In this document: positions 1 to 9,670 of the stretch, piece after piece
How positions within the stretch are numbered: position 1 is the stretch's first letter
Layout of the letters: the number at the start of each line of letters is the position of its first letter
The notes under the pieces: generated by a model
What the model was told of the DNA's origin: nothing
Seen by the model: the letters and a program-made list of their open reading frames with translations, nothing else
Database searches by the model: none
Made by a program: the position numbers and the translations under genes
Source of the DNA: Alphaproteobacteria bacterium
Lineage (GTDB): Bacteria > Pseudomonadota > Alphaproteobacteria > MPNO01
Direction of reading: 5' to 3'
Assembly: GCA_965248835.1 (NCBI GenBank)
Contig: CBDFLJ010000002.1
Location: 544,001 to 608,000, forward strand
Length of the DNA: 64,000 bases

Positions 1-1
1 C

Positions 2-424
2 TCGCTCGCCGCGGCGATGGCCGGCGGCGGGCCGATGCCGCCGGCGGTTGTGCGCAATGCGGGCTCGGTCGCGGTCTCGATCGACGCGCCGCGGAGCACC
101 GCCCAGGCGGTCGCTGCCCTGCGCCGGACCGACGGGGTGGCCCTCACGCTTGACGACGCGGCGATCCTGGAAGCGCGCGCGCGGCTGGCGCGGCGCACCG
201 GCATGTTCCTCGAGGCATCCTCGGCCGCGGCGTTCGCCGCGATCGACCGGCTGTGCGGCGCCGGCACCATCGCCCGGGGTCAGAGCGTGGTCGCGGTGGC
301 GACGGCTTCGGGGCTAAAGGATATCGGGGCTGCGCCGGATGCGGCGTCACCGCTGCCGTCGGTGGCGCCGGATCTCGACAGCCTGGTCCTGGCTCTGCGG
401 GAGGCCTACGGTTTCGATGTCTGA
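2..424 (+). CDS. Threonine synthase-like PLP (fold type II) enzyme, C-terminal part (5' truncated by window)
   Basis: C-terminal motifs 'LARRTGMFLEASSAAAFAA' and 'VVAVATASGLKD' typical of ThrC-like enzymes. Confidence 0.75.
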   Translation, partial: SLAAAMAGGGPMPPAVVRNAGSVAVSIDAPRSTAQAVAALRRTDGVALTLDDAAILEARARLARRTGMFLEASSAAAFAAIDRLCGAGTIARGQSVVAVATASGLKDIGAAPDAASPLPSVAPDLDSLVLALREAYGFDV

Positions 425-1373
425 CTTCGGGATCTCGATCGACGGATTCACCCCGGCAAGTGCTGTCGCGGCCCAGGCTCAGGCGGCCGAAGCCGGCGGC
501 GCCAGGCGGCTGTGGCTGGCGAGCCACCTCTTCCTGCGTGATCCGGTGACGCTCGCGGCCGCCGCGCTGGCGGCGACCGAACGGCTGGAGATCGCGCTGA
601 TGGCGATGAGCCCCTACGCGCTTCACCCCGTCCATGCCGCGATGGCCGCTGCGACGCTGGATGAGCTTCATCCCGGCCGCGTGGTGCTGTCGCTGGGTGT
701 CGGCGCGCCGGGTGATCTGGCCGCGGCCGGGATCGCGACGCCGCACCCTGCCCGGACCTTGAGCGAGGCGATCGCGGTCTGTCGCACCCTATTCGCCGGC
801 GAGGCGGTCGCCCATGACGGCGCAGTCTTCCGGCTCAGCGGCCGGGGGCTTGCGAGCGGCGCGCACGCGGTCCCGATCATCCTCGCCGCCACCGGGCCGA
901 GGATGCTGGCGCTCGCCGGCAGCCGGGCCGACGGCGTGCTGATCTCCGGCGCGGTCTCGGTCCCCCATATGCGCCGATGCCTGGCGCGGGTGAACGCCGA
1001 AGCGGCCGGCCGCGACCTGATCAATTGCGGGCTGGTCTACGCGCTGCCCGGCCCGCCGAGCGCTGCGCTCAAGCGCACGCTCGGGTTCATCCTGCGCGGC
1101 GCCCACCATGCTCCCAACCTCGCCGCCGCCGGGGTCGCGCTCGATCAGGACGCGCTGCGGAATGCCTACGCGGCCGAGGACTGGCAGGAGGTCGACCGCC
1201 TGATCTCGCCGGAGGTGGTCGCGGGCCACGCCGCCTGCGGAGCGGAGGACGCGGTGCGCGCGCGTCTGGACGCCTACCGCGCCGCCGGCCTAGACCATAT
1301 CGTGCTCGCCGGGCTCGGTACGCCCGAGGAGATCGCCCGGACGCTTGCCGTTGCGGCCTCCGGCCCGCCGTGA
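417..1373 (+). CDS. LLM-class (luciferase-like, Mer-like) flavin/F420-dependent oxidoreductase
   Basis: 'DPVTLAAAALAATERL', 'ATLDELHPGRVVLSLGVG', 'PIILAATGPRMLALAGSRADGV'; ATG at 417 overlaps the upstream gene end. Confidence 0.85.
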   Translation: MSDFGISIDGFTPASAVAAQAQAAEAGGARRLWLASHLFLRDPVTLAAAALAATERLEIALMAMSPYALHPVHAAMAAATLDELHPGRVVLSLGVGAPGDLAAAGIATPHPARTLSEAIAVCRTLFAGEAVAHDGAVFRLSGRGLASGAHAVPIILAATGPRMLALAGSRADGVLISGAVSVPHMRRCLARVNAEAAGRDLINCGLVYALPGPPSAALKRTLGFILRGAHHAPNLAAAGVALDQDALRNAYAAEDWQEVDRLISPEVVAGHAACGAEDAVRARLDAYRAAGLDHIVLAGLGTPEEIARTLAVAASGPP

Positions 1374-1427
1374 CAGCTTTCGCGGCGGGCGGCATAATCC
1401 GGCGCCGGTTCATACGGGAGGGTGGCG

Positions 1428-2654
1428 ATGAACGACGCGCTCGACACCGCGGCGCGAACCAGCGATCCGCCGGCGCCGTCGGACATCGGGCAATGGCTCG
1501 CCCGGGTTGCCGCCGTCGGCCCGACGATCGAGGCGGCGGCGCCCGATGCCGACCGCGCTCGGCGGCTGACCACCGGCGCGATGGAAGCGATCCACAGCCA
1601 GGCGCTGCTGCGGCTCCTGCTGCCGCGCGACGTCGGCGGGATCGAGATGCCGCTGCCGCAGTTCTTCGCCGTCATCGAGGCCGTCGCGGGCTATGACGGC
1701 AGCGCCGCCTGGTGCATTTGCCAGGGCAATGCGTGCGCGATGCTGGCGGCCTATCTCGAACCGCCGTTCGCACGATCGATCTGGGCCGACGACCCCGGTG
1801 CCGTCCTCGCCTGGGGTCCGGGCAAGGCCGAGGCGCGCGCGGTCGACGGCGGCTACAGCATCACCGCCGACACCGGCTTCGCCAGCGGCAGCCACCACGC
1901 CAGTTGGCTCGCCGCGCACTGCACGGTGGTCGAGGCCGACGGCACGCCGCGACGCGACGAACAGGGCGTCCAGGAGAACCGGACGGCGCTGATCCCGGCC
2001 GACCAGGTCAGCCTGGGCGATCGCTGGGATGCGATCGGGCTCCGGGGCACCGGCAGCGACGGCTTCGTGGTCGAGGACCTGTTCGTGCCCGAGGACCACA
2101 CGATCGTGCGCGCCAACATGATCGAGGAGCGCCCGGTGCGCTCGCGCCTGCACGGCCTGCCGCTGATGAGCGTCTATGCCAGCGGGTTCGCCGCGGTGGC
2201 GCTGGGCATCGGCCGGGCTTTCCTCGATGCGTTCCTCGTGCTGGCGCAGGACAAGAAGCCGCGCGGCGTATCAGTGCCGCTGGCCGACAACCCGGTGGTC
2301 CAGGACGAGGTCGCCCGCGGCGAGGCGAGACTGTCGGCGGCCCGCGCTTTCCTGATCGAGGAGGTCGAGCGCGGCTGGCGCGAGATCGAGGCGACAGGCG
2401 GGATGTCGGTCCACCAGCGCATGCGGATCCGCCTGGCCGGCACGCATGCGATCCACGAGGCCAAGGCGGCCGTGGATACGCTTTACGACACCGCCGGCAC
2501 CAGCGCGGTGTTCGCCACAAGCCCGTTCGAGCGCCGGTTTCGCGACATCCATACCGTGGCGTTGCAGGTGCAGGGCCGCAAGCGGCATTTCCAGACTTAT
2601 GGCGGCTGGGCGATGGGCCAGGAGATCAACGCCACCAACATGTCGGTGATCTGA
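1428..2654 (+). CDS. Acyl-CoA dehydrogenase-fold flavin-dependent hydroxylase (HsaA/C2-HpaH-like, group D monooxygenase)
   Basis: 'GSAAWC', 'FASGSHHASW', 'WDAIGLRGTGS', 'FERRFRDIH'; GGGAGG RBS upstream. Confidence 0.85.
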   Translation: MNDALDTAARTSDPPAPSDIGQWLARVAAVGPTIEAAAPDADRARRLTTGAMEAIHSQALLRLLLPRDVGGIEMPLPQFFAVIEAVAGYDGSAAWCICQGNACAMLAAYLEPPFARSIWADDPGAVLAWGPGKAEARAVDGGYSITADTGFASGSHHASWLAAHCTVVEADGTPRRDEQGVQENRTALIPADQVSLGDRWDAIGLRGTGSDGFVVEDLFVPEDHTIVRANMIEERPVRSRLHGLPLMSVYASGFAAVALGIGRAFLDAFLVLAQDKKPRGVSVPLADNPVVQDEVARGEARLSAARAFLIEEVERGWREIEATGGMSVHQRMRIRLAGTHAIHEAKAAVDTLYDTAGTSAVFATSPFERRFRDIHTVALQVQGRKRHFQTYGGWAMGQEINATNMSVI

Positions 2655-2779
2655 GACCCGCCGCATCGGCAAAAGGCGGATCGAAGGCCGCAGCCCGGCA
2701 GCGCGGCGCCGTTCATCGTCCGGGGCGGGCGGCTACTCTGCAGCTTGCCGGACGCGTGGGCATCCTCTATCAGGGGGTC

Positions 2780-4141
2780 ATGAATCAGCCACGCCAACTG
2801 CGCCTGGGCGCCTTCATGCGGCCGGTGACCATCCATACCGGCTCGTGGCGCTATCCGGGCGCCCATCCGGATGCGAACTTCAACTTCGGCCACATCAAAC
2901 ACTTTGCCCGAACGCTGGAGCGAGGGCGCTTCGATGCGTTCTTCATGGCCGACCACCTGTCGGTGCTCAACATGCCGATGGAGGCGCTCAAGCGCAGCTC
3001 GACGACGACCTCCTTCGAGCCGATGACGCTGCTGCCGGCGCTGGCGATGGTCACCGACCATCTGGGGCTGGTCGCGACCGGCTCCACGACCTACGAGGAG
3101 CCCTATCACGTCGCCCGCCGTTTCGCCTCGCTCGACCATATCAGCGGCGGCCGGGCGGGCTGGAACGTGGTGACGACATCCAACCCCGACGCCTCGCGCA
3201 ATTTCGGCATGGAGGAGCACCTCGAGCATGCCGAGCGTTACCAGCGCGCGCGGGAGTTCTACGACGTCGTCACCGGCCTGTGGGATAGCTGGGCCGATGA
3301 CGCCTTCGTCCGCGATGTCGAGTCCGGCACCTTCTTCGATCCCGAGAAGCTCCATGTGCTGGACCACAAGGGGACGTATTTCTCGGTCCGCGGCCCGCTC
3401 AACATCGCCCGGCCGATCCAGGGCCACCCGGTGATCGTCCAGGCGGGATCCTCAGACGCCGGCCGCCAGCTCGCCGCCGAGACCGCCGAGGCGGTGTTCA
3501 CCTCGCACGGCACGCTCGAGGCCGCTCAGGCGTTCTATGCCGACGTCAAGGGGCGCGCCGCCAGGGTCGGGCGCAATCCGGATCACATCAAGATCCTGCC
3601 GGCGATGTTCGTGGTGATCGCCGACTCCGAGGCCGAGGCGCGCGAGAAACGCATGCATCTGGACAGCCTGGTCCATTACGACAGCGCCATCGCCTCGCTG
3701 TCGATCTCGCTCGGCCACGATGCGTCCGGCTTCGATCCGGACGGCCCGTTGCCGGAGATCCCCGAGAGCAACGCATCGAAGTCCGGGCGCGAGCGGGCGA
3801 TTGCGCTGGCGAAGCACGAGAATCTCACCGTCCGCCAGCTCGCCCAGCGTATGGGCGGCTATTCCGGTCACGCGATGATGGGCACGCCCGAGATGATCGC
3901 CGATGAGATGGAGGCCTGGCTGCACGCAAGGGGCAGCGACGGCTTCACGGTGATGTTTTCCTACCTGCCCGAGGGGCTGGAGGACTTCGTCGACCGGGTC
4001 GTGCCCGAATTACAGCGCCGCGGGCTGTTCCGCACCGAATACGAAGGCAAGACGCTGCGCGAGAACCTTGGCCTGCCGCGCCCGGAAAACCGGTTCTTCG
4101 CGGCGCCCGAGCGCATCAGCCGGGCTCGGCAGGCAGGATAA
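2780..4141 (+). CDS. NtaA/DmoA/DszA-family FMNH2-dependent monooxygenase (LLM)
   Basis: 'FDAFFMADHL', 'ARRFASLDHISGGRAGWNVVT', 'QGHPVIVQAGSS', 'VVPELQRRGLFRTEYEGKTLRENLGL'. Confidence 0.92.
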   Translation: MNQPRQLRLGAFMRPVTIHTGSWRYPGAHPDANFNFGHIKHFARTLERGRFDAFFMADHLSVLNMPMEALKRSSTTTSFEPMTLLPALAMVTDHLGLVATGSTTYEEPYHVARRFASLDHISGGRAGWNVVTTSNPDASRNFGMEEHLEHAERYQRAREFYDVVTGLWDSWADDAFVRDVESGTFFDPEKLHVLDHKGTYFSVRGPLNIARPIQGHPVIVQAGSSDAGRQLAAETAEAVFTSHGTLEAAQAFYADVKGRAARVGRNPDHIKILPAMFVVIADSEAEAREKRMHLDSLVHYDSAIASLSISLGHDASGFDPDGPLPEIPESNASKSGRERAIALAKHENLTVRQLAQRMGGYSGHAMMGTPEMIADEMEAWLHARGSDGFTVMFSYLPEGLEDFVDRVVPELQRRGLFRTEYEGKTLRENLGLPRPENRFFAAPERISRARQAG

Positions 4142-4181
4142 CGCCTCGGCCGCGGACTATTGCCGGGCCGGCGCGGCGCCC

Positions 4182-4547
4182 TCAGGGATCGCGGCTCAGA
4201 CCGGCCGCTTCGACGGCGGCGAGATAGGCCTGCCACAGCCGGTCCCGGTTCTCGCCCAGCTCGTAGAGATACTGCCAGGAATAGATGCCGGTGTCGTGCA
4301 GGTCATCGAAGATGATCCGGACCGCGTAGTTGCCGATCGGCTCCAGGTCCATGATCCCGACATGGCGCCGGCCGACGATCAGCTTCTTCTCGCCGGGGCC
4401 GTGGCCCTTGACCTCGGCGGACGGGCTCTCGACCCGGAGCAGCTCGGCCGGCAGCGAGGCCTGACTGCCGTCGTCGAAATCGATCTCCAGCCGCTTTTCC
4501 GCCTTCTTCAGGCGCAGTTCGACCGGCCAGCGCCCGGGTCCGCTCAC
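4182..4547 (-). CDS. DUF971 / GBBH N-terminal-like protein
   Basis: '[18 protein letters not shown]', '[20 protein letters not shown]'. Confidence 0.9.
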   Translation of the reverse strand: MSGPGRWPVELRLKKAEKRLEIDFDDGSQASLPAELLRVESPSAEVKGHGPGEKKLIVGRRHVGIMDLEPIGNYAVRIIFDDLHDTGIYSWQYLYELGENRDRLWQAYLAAVEAAGLSRDP

Positions 4548-4774
4548 CGGCCGGCATCCTCGTCGGTTCGGCGGGCCTCGTCGACCAGCATGATCGGGAT
4601 GCCGTCGCGGATCGGAAAGGCGAGGCCGGCCTGCGGGCTGACCAGCTCCTGGGCGGCCTCGTCGTAGCGCAGCGGCCCCTTGGTCAATGGGCAGACCAGG
4701 ATCTCCAGCAGCTTGGGGTCGAGCCGGCGCCCGCGCGCGGGCGGCGGATCATCGGTGGGCTCTTGGTCGGACAT
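4544..4774 (-). CDS. Trm112/YcaR family protein
   Basis: '[18 protein letters not shown]...[17 protein letters not shown]'. Confidence 0.9.
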   Translation of the reverse strand: MSDQEPTDDPPPARGRRLDPKLLEILVCPLTKGPLRYDEAAQELVSPQAGLAFPIRDGIPIMLVDEARRTDEDAGR

Positions 4775-4785
4775 GCCGGACGGTC

Positions 4786-5451
4786 CTACTGCTTGACCCT
4801 GCCTTCATCGTTGCCGCGTTCGAGCAGCGCCATCTCCAGCAGCGTCACCATCACCTGGGCCCGGTCATCGAGCGTCGCGGCCTCGAGCAGCGCCTGCTTC
4901 TCGCTCGGCCGGAACGGACACATCATCGCCAACGAGGTGACCAGACGCGAATCCTCGGTGCCCTCGATTGCGTCCCAGTTCGCCTCCACGCCCTGATGGG
5001 TGAGGTAGGCCCGCAAGGCGCGCAGCAGCCGGTCGCGATCGATCGAAAGCGGCCTGGAGGTCTCGGCCAGGTCGTCGTGAAACTCCGCGTAGCTCGCGCG
5101 GATCCGCCGGTAGCCGCTGCGCAGCGGCAGTTCGTCGATCACCCGGAACCGCGCGATGCCCTTGAGCGTGATCAGATAGCGGCCGTCCTCGGTCTCGCCG
5201 AAAGAGATCATCCGGCCGGCGCAGCCGGTGGCGAACACCTCGGGATGATCGCCGGTGGTGCCGTCCTGCGGCTGGATCATGCCGATCAGGCGGTGCGGTG
5301 CGGCGAGCGCGGCGGCGGTCATGTTGAGATAGCGCGGCTCGAAGATGTTCAGCGGCAGCCGTCCGCCGGGCAGCAGCAGCGCGCCGGCCAGCGGGAAGAT
5401 CGGAATGACGTCCGGCAAGTCCTCGAATGCCGGATCGAAGGGGCTCGCCAT
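4786..5451 (-). CDS. LON peptidase substrate-binding domain protein
   Basis: '[26 protein letters not shown]', 'EKQALLEA'; usual position downstream of the thioredoxin-TPR gene. Confidence 0.9.
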   Translation of the reverse strand: MASPFDPAFEDLPDVIPIFPLAGALLLPGGRLPLNIFEPRYLNMTAAALAAPHRLIGMIQPQDGTTGDHPEVFATGCAGRMISFGETEDGRYLITLKGIARFRVIDELPLRSGYRRIRASYAEFHDDLAETSRPLSIDRDRLLRALRAYLTHQGVEANWDAIEGTEDSRLVTSLAMMCPFRPSEKQALLEAATLDDRAQVMVTLLEMALLERGNDEGRVKQ

Positions 5452-6371
5452 CAGGAGAACAGGACCGCGGAGAACTTGCGCCGCCCCTCGACGGTTATCG
5501 GATCCGTCGGACCCAGCGCCTCGAAGAACTGGAGAAGCTGCTTGCGGGCGGCCTGATCGTTCCATTCGCGGTTGCGCCGGACGATCTCGACCAGGGCATC
5601 GATCGCCTCGTCCTTGCGGTCGTCGGCATAGAGCGCCAGCGCGAGGTCGAAGCGCGCCTGGTAGTCCTCCGCGTTCGCCGCCACGCGCTGCTCGAGCTCG
5701 GCGTGATCGCCGGCCTGAGCGGACTTTCCGGCCAGCTCGAAGGCCGAGATCGCGGCTGCCAGGGCGCTGTCGCCGCGCTCGGCCTCGGGGATGGTCTGGA
5801 TGAACTCGGCGGCCTTGTCGAGGTCGCCCAGCCCGACCAGGGCACGGACGAAGCCCGCCTTGGCGGCGACGTTGTCCGGCGCGTGCTCGATGACCTGGGC
5901 GAAGATCGACGCGGCGGCGCCGAAGTCGCCGGCTTCGAGCCGTTCGCCGGCCTGGGCGATCGCCTCCTCGACCGGCGAATCGACCTTGGTGCCGGCGGTG
6001 TCGACCAGCTTGTCGACGAAAGCCTTGACCTGGCTTTCGGGCAAGGCGCCGGCGAACCCGTCGACAGGCCGACCGCCGTGGAAGGCGAACACGGCGGGAA
6101 TCGACTGGATGCGGAGCTGCTGGGCGATCTCCGGGTTCTGGTCGATGTCGAGCTTGACCATCTTGACCGCGCCGGCGGCCGCGTTGACGACCTTCTCCAG
6201 GATCGGGCCGAGCTGCTTGCATGGGCCGCACCAGGGCGCCCAGAAGTCGACGATCACGGGAACATCCATCGAGGCTTCGATGACATCGGCCATGAAGTTC
6301 TCGGTGGTCGTATCCTTGATCAGGCCGGCCGGCACGCTCCCGTTACCGGGCTGTCCTAGTATCGGCTCCAT
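5451..6371 (-). CDS. cnoX: Thioredoxin-TPR chaperedoxin (YbbN/CnoX-like)
   Basis: 'DFWAPWCGPCKQL' active site followed by a TPR region ending 'ARKQLLQFFEALG...GRRKFSAVLFS'. Confidence 0.9.
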   Translation of the reverse strand: MEPILGQPGNGSVPAGLIKDTTTENFMADVIEASMDVPVIVDFWAPWCGPCKQLGPILEKVVNAAAGAVKMVKLDIDQNPEIAQQLRIQSIPAVFAFHGGRPVDGFAGALPESQVKAFVDKLVDTAGTKVDSPVEEAIAQAGERLEAGDFGAAASIFAQVIEHAPDNVAAKAGFVRALVGLGDLDKAAEFIQTIPEAERGDSALAAAISAFELAGKSAQAGDHAELEQRVAANAEDYQARFDLALALYADDRKDEAIDALVEIVRRNREWNDQAARKQLLQFFEALGPTDPITVEGRRKFSAVLFS

Positions 6372-6459
6372 TGTCTGGCCCCGTGAATCGCACTCGGCCG
6401 AACCGGCCCGCCACAGACCGACAAAATGGTCGAGGAACCGGCAAGAGGCAAGCCCGACG

Positions 6460-6975
6460 CTACCCCTCCAGCGTGGCCGGATCGAGGTCGACGACGGCCG
6501 GCGCGTGGCCGGTCGCCTCGGCAAACCGCAGCAGGTCGGCGGGCGCGATCGCGGTGGTCGCATCGTTGGAAAGCGGGTGGAAGTTCGCCAGATCGGCGTC
6601 CATCATCGCAGCATCGATCACCAGCCGGACCGCGCCCGCGCTGTCGTTGATCACTGCGAACGGGGTGACCGCGCCCGGCACCACGCCGAGATGCTCCGCC
6701 AGCCGCTCGGCGCTGCCGAAGGACAGCCGCGCCGCGCCGATCAGCGGCGCCAGCGCCTTGAGGTCGAGCCTGCGGTCCTCGATCGCGACGACCAGCCACA
6801 GCGCGCCCTTTTTGTCCTTCAAGAACAGAGACTTGAAATGCGCCCCGGGCAGCGCGCCGCGCACATCGCGGCTTTCCTGGACGGTAAACACCGGGCGATG
6901 CCGGTGGGTCTCGGTCGCGATCCCCAGCGTCTCCAGCATCTCGAACAGCGCGCGCCGCCGCCGCTCCAGATCCAT
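6460..6975 (-). CDS. YbaK/ProX family aminoacyl-tRNA deacylase (ProXp-ala-like)
   Basis: 'HRPVFTVQES', 'KSLFLKDKK', 'LGVVPGAVTPF', 'NFHPLSNDAT'; alternative start at 7002. Confidence 0.88.
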   Translation of the reverse strand: MDLERRRRALFEMLETLGIATETHRHRPVFTVQESRDVRGALPGAHFKSLFLKDKKGALWLVVAIEDRRLDLKALAPLIGAARLSFGSAERLAEHLGVVPGAVTPFAVINDSAGAVRLVIDAAMMDADLANFHPLSNDATTAIAPADLLRFAEATGHAPAVVDLDPATLEG

Positions 6976-7045
6976 GTCTCCGCGTCCGGTCGGCGCGCTC
7001 ATGGCCGCACGATAGGGACCGGCGCGCGGCCCGGCAACTCGGCGC

Positions 7046-7075
7046 TTGAATTGGACGGCGCCGGGCCAATATACT
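7046..7075 (+). promoter_or_regulatory. Putative sigma70 promoter of tRNA-Gly(GCC)
   Basis: TTGAAT-N18-TATACT ending 9 nt before the tRNA. Confidence 0.5.
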
Positions 7076-7084
7076 CCGCCCCGC

Positions 7085-7159
7085 GCGGGTGTAGCTCAGG
7101 GGTAGAGCGCAACCTTGCCAAGGTTGAAGTCGTCGGTTCGAATCCGATCACCCGCTCCA
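7085..7159 (+). tRNA. tRNA-Gly(GCC)
   Basis: GCGGGTG/CACCCGC acceptor stem, CAACC-TT-GCC-AA-GGTTG anticodon arm, GGTTCGAATCC T-arm, encoded CCA. Confidence 0.97.
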
Positions 7160-7193
7160 AAATCCCCAGAACGCGACCGATTCGTGCCGGCGT

Positions 7194-8525
7194 CTACGGC
7201 GTCACCGCGGCGATCCGGGCGGCGATCCGGGCGGCGAGCGCGCGGGCCTCGGCGGGCTCCGACAGGGCCCATCCGGCCGCGCTCAGCGATCGAATCTCGT
7301 CGTCTTCAAGACCAGCGGCTGCCAGGACGCGGGCGATCTTTTCGGCGAGCCCGGCATCGTCGAGCCGGTTGCCCGGGTCGCCCAACGCCTCGATGACGCG
7401 CCGCTCGCAGGATCGCCCGGCGGCCGTCACCGTGACCGCGGCGGGAAAGCGCGCGGGGAAGTGCGCCATCAGAGCGGGCGCGTCATCGGCGCCGACCGAG
7501 ACCCGTTCCATGAGGCCGATGATTTCCTCGTCGAACGGAAGGACGGACCGGGCGACGTCATAGGCCGCATCGGGGCGCAGCACCGCCAGGGCGATCTGGT
7601 AGGCGGCGCTGACCAGGGTGGAGGACCGGTCATCCGGTGTGGCCGTGCGCGCGATCATCCCGGCATAAGGCGGCGGCACCCGCACTTCGATGCGCTCGAT
7701 CGCCGATGGGTCGAGCCCGTCGGCGATCAACCCGCGCACCGCCTCGACCGCAGCGACGGCCTGTTTTGCCGAGCAGTACGGTTTGAGGCTGAGCGCGGCG
7801 TAGACGCAGGTCTCGCCCAGCCCGTCGGTGAGCCGGTCGGTGTCGGCCTCTATGCCGTGGGTCGCAAGCAGCCAATCCGGTCCGTCGAGCAGCCCGGCAT
7901 CGCCGCCGAACCCCGACGCCGCGGCCCGCGCGGCGGTCGCGCCGGCCTCGGCCGCCACGGCGATCAGCAGCCAGCGCGGGGCGCGCGGCGCGTCCCGGCG
8001 GCCGACCGCGCCGGCGGCAAGGTTCAGCGCGATGGCGAGTGCGTCCGCCATCCGCCCTTCATCGAGCCCGATCAGCCTGCCGATCGTGCCCGCCACGCCG
8101 ACCGGGGCGCAGAAACAGGTCGGCCAGATCCCGCGGTAGAGCAGCCGCGCCCCGTCGATCGCAGCACCCAGCCGGGTCATCAGCTCGGTCCCGACCCACA
8201 GCGCATCGGCCAGGCGGGCCGGATCGGCGGCCGGGTCCCGCTCGATTGCGGTCAGCGCCGCCGGCACGACCACCGACGACGGTGTCACGCAGGAGGCGCA
8301 ATGGATGTCGTCGACTTCGGTCAAACGGACCGCCGCCACCCGGTATCCGAGCGGCCGGTCGGGCAGAACGGCGCGCAGGGCGCGTGCGTCCTCGGTCGTA
8401 TGGCCGACGACGGCGGCCGCCAACGCGTCGACCACATGGCGCCGCTGGATTTCCGCCATTGCCGCGCCTTGCGAGCCCATCGTCGCGCTTGCGGCGAACC
8501 CGCCCAGGGCCGAAAGGACGCTCAT
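7194..8525 (-). CDS. MmgE/PrpD family protein (atypical active site)
   Basis: 'RLTEVDDIH', 'VVVPAAL', 'SLKPYCSAKQ', 'FPARFPAAVTV...GDPGNRL'; ATGA overlap with the upstream gene. Confidence 0.85.
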   Translation of the reverse strand: MSVLSALGGFAASATMGSQGAAMAEIQRRHVVDALAAAVVGHTTEDARALRAVLPDRPLGYRVAAVRLTEVDDIHCASCVTPSSVVVPAALTAIERDPAADPARLADALWVGTELMTRLGAAIDGARLLYRGIWPTCFCAPVGVAGTIGRLIGLDEGRMADALAIALNLAAGAVGRRDAPRAPRWLLIAVAAEAGATAARAAASGFGGDAGLLDGPDWLLATHGIEADTDRLTDGLGETCVYAALSLKPYCSAKQAVAAVEAVRGLIADGLDPSAIERIEVRVPPPYAGMIARTATPDDRSSTLVSAAYQIALAVLRPDAAYDVARSVLPFDEEIIGLMERVSVGADDAPALMAHFPARFPAAVTVTAAGRSCERRVIEALGDPGNRLDDAGLAEKIARVLAAAGLEDDEIRSLSAAGWALSEPAEARALAARIAARIAAVTP

Positions 8526-9670
8526 GACCGGCCCGAACGCCGCAGGATTTCCACCCGGTCCTCGCCGATGCACACCATCGCCGACAGGAGCGCGCACCCG
8601 CGCTCCGGATCCGCCGTCCCGACGCGCAGCGTGTATATGCCGCCGGGTTCGAGCACCGCCTCACCCTCGGGCTTCAGGTCGGGCGGCTCGGCCAGCGACA
8701 GACCGATGCGGTGGCCGAGGCAGCCGCCCAGCACAGGATGGGCCGGCCGGCCCTCGATCCGCGCCGCGGCGGCAAGCGCGCCGGCCCGGCTGCCCGGCCG
8801 CACCGCCCCCAGCAGCTTATCGAGCGCGGCCTGTGCGCCGGCGAGCGCATCCGACGGCCGATCGGCGAACGTCACGAAAGCATCCGCCCAATAGCCCGCA
8901 TATTTGACCGCGATATAGGCGAGCAACGGGTCCGGGCGCCCCTCCACCACGCCGAAGAAGGGCACAAGCGTTGCACCGCCGTCGGTGCTGAACAGAACCC
9001 GGACGTCGTGGGCGGCCTGCGCCCGGGCGCACCGTTCGGCCTCGATCGCGGCCTTCATGGCGTTCGCGCCGCCGCGCCAGGCCGATTCCATGGCCGCCGC
9101 GGCTTCATCGACGAGGCGGCAGGCCTCGCGGATCATCGCTACCTCGCGCGGCCGTCGCGCGTGCAGAACCGGCTCGAAGGCGGCGTCCGCCGGCGCCAGG
9201 GAGACCGTCCCGGCGAGGCTGTCGTTCAGCATGCCGACGAACGGCGCCCGCATCAGGTCCCGGCCGAGCAGGCCGACGGCGACAGCGGCGTGCGGCTGGC
9301 TTTCCAGGAACGCCGCGAGCCACGGATCGAACGTCTCCGGCCAGCTCCAGCCGGGGTGAACCTCGGCGATCCAGGTCATCAGGCGCATCGCCGGCATGTC
9401 GCGCGCGCCGATGGAGATCAACAGCCGCGGCTCGCCGTCGCGCGGCAGCATGGCGAACGCCCAGCGCATGCGCGGGATGAAGTTCGTCAGCCAGGCGAGG
9501 GCGCGGTGCTCGGTGGCGTCGCCGTAGACGAAAAGGGCGCGCCAGCCGTTGTCGTCCATCAGCGCGTTCGCCTGGCCCATGCGGATCTGGAACTCGTCGG
9601 CCGGCATCCGGTCGTGGTCGAGCCCATAGGCGCCGAGCAGGACGACAGGGTGCATCGTCGCCATGCTCAT
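8522..9670 (-). CDS. M24/creatinase-fold protein, metal ligands largely lost
   Basis: Creatinase-like N-domain ('EFQIRMGQ...LAWLTNF'); pita-bread C-domain 'YAGYWAD', 'LGHRIGL', 'LEPGGIYTL'. Confidence 0.75.
   Translation of the reverse strand: MSMATMHPVVLLGAYGLDHDRMPADEFQIRMGQANALMDDNGWRALFVYGDATEHRALAWLTNFIPRMRWAFAMLPRDGEPRLLISIGARDMPAMRLMTWIAEVHPGWSWPETFDPWLAAFLESQPHAAVAVGLLGRDLMRAPFVGMLNDSLAGTVSLAPADAAFEPVLHARRPREVAMIREACRLVDEAAAAMESAWRGGANAMKAAIEAERCARAQAAHDVRVLFSTDGGATLVPFFGVVEGRPDPLLAYIAVKYAGYWADAFVTFADRPSDALAGAQAALDKLLGAVRPGSRAGALAAAARIEGRPAHPVLGGCLGHRIGLSLAEPPDLKPEGEAVLEPGGIYTLRVGTADPERGCALLSAMVCIGEDRVEILRRSGRS

Noticed and set aside
1712-2779. Apparent 809-aa fusion ORF ending in the NtaA monooxygenase (likewise the N-extensions of ORFs 10238-13300, 4786-6231, 18994-20412)
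   Set aside because: Extensions are off-frame read-through of neighbouring genes; true starts lie downstream where family motifs begin
7137-7159. Possible attL/attR duplication of tRNA-Gly 3' ends
   Set aside because: No direct repeat of either tRNA 3' end and no integrase found by eye in the window
7207-7237. Tandem 12-bp repeat GCGGCGATCCGG
   Set aside because: Encodes AARIAARI at the MmgE C-terminus; only two full copies, not a CRISPR or att site
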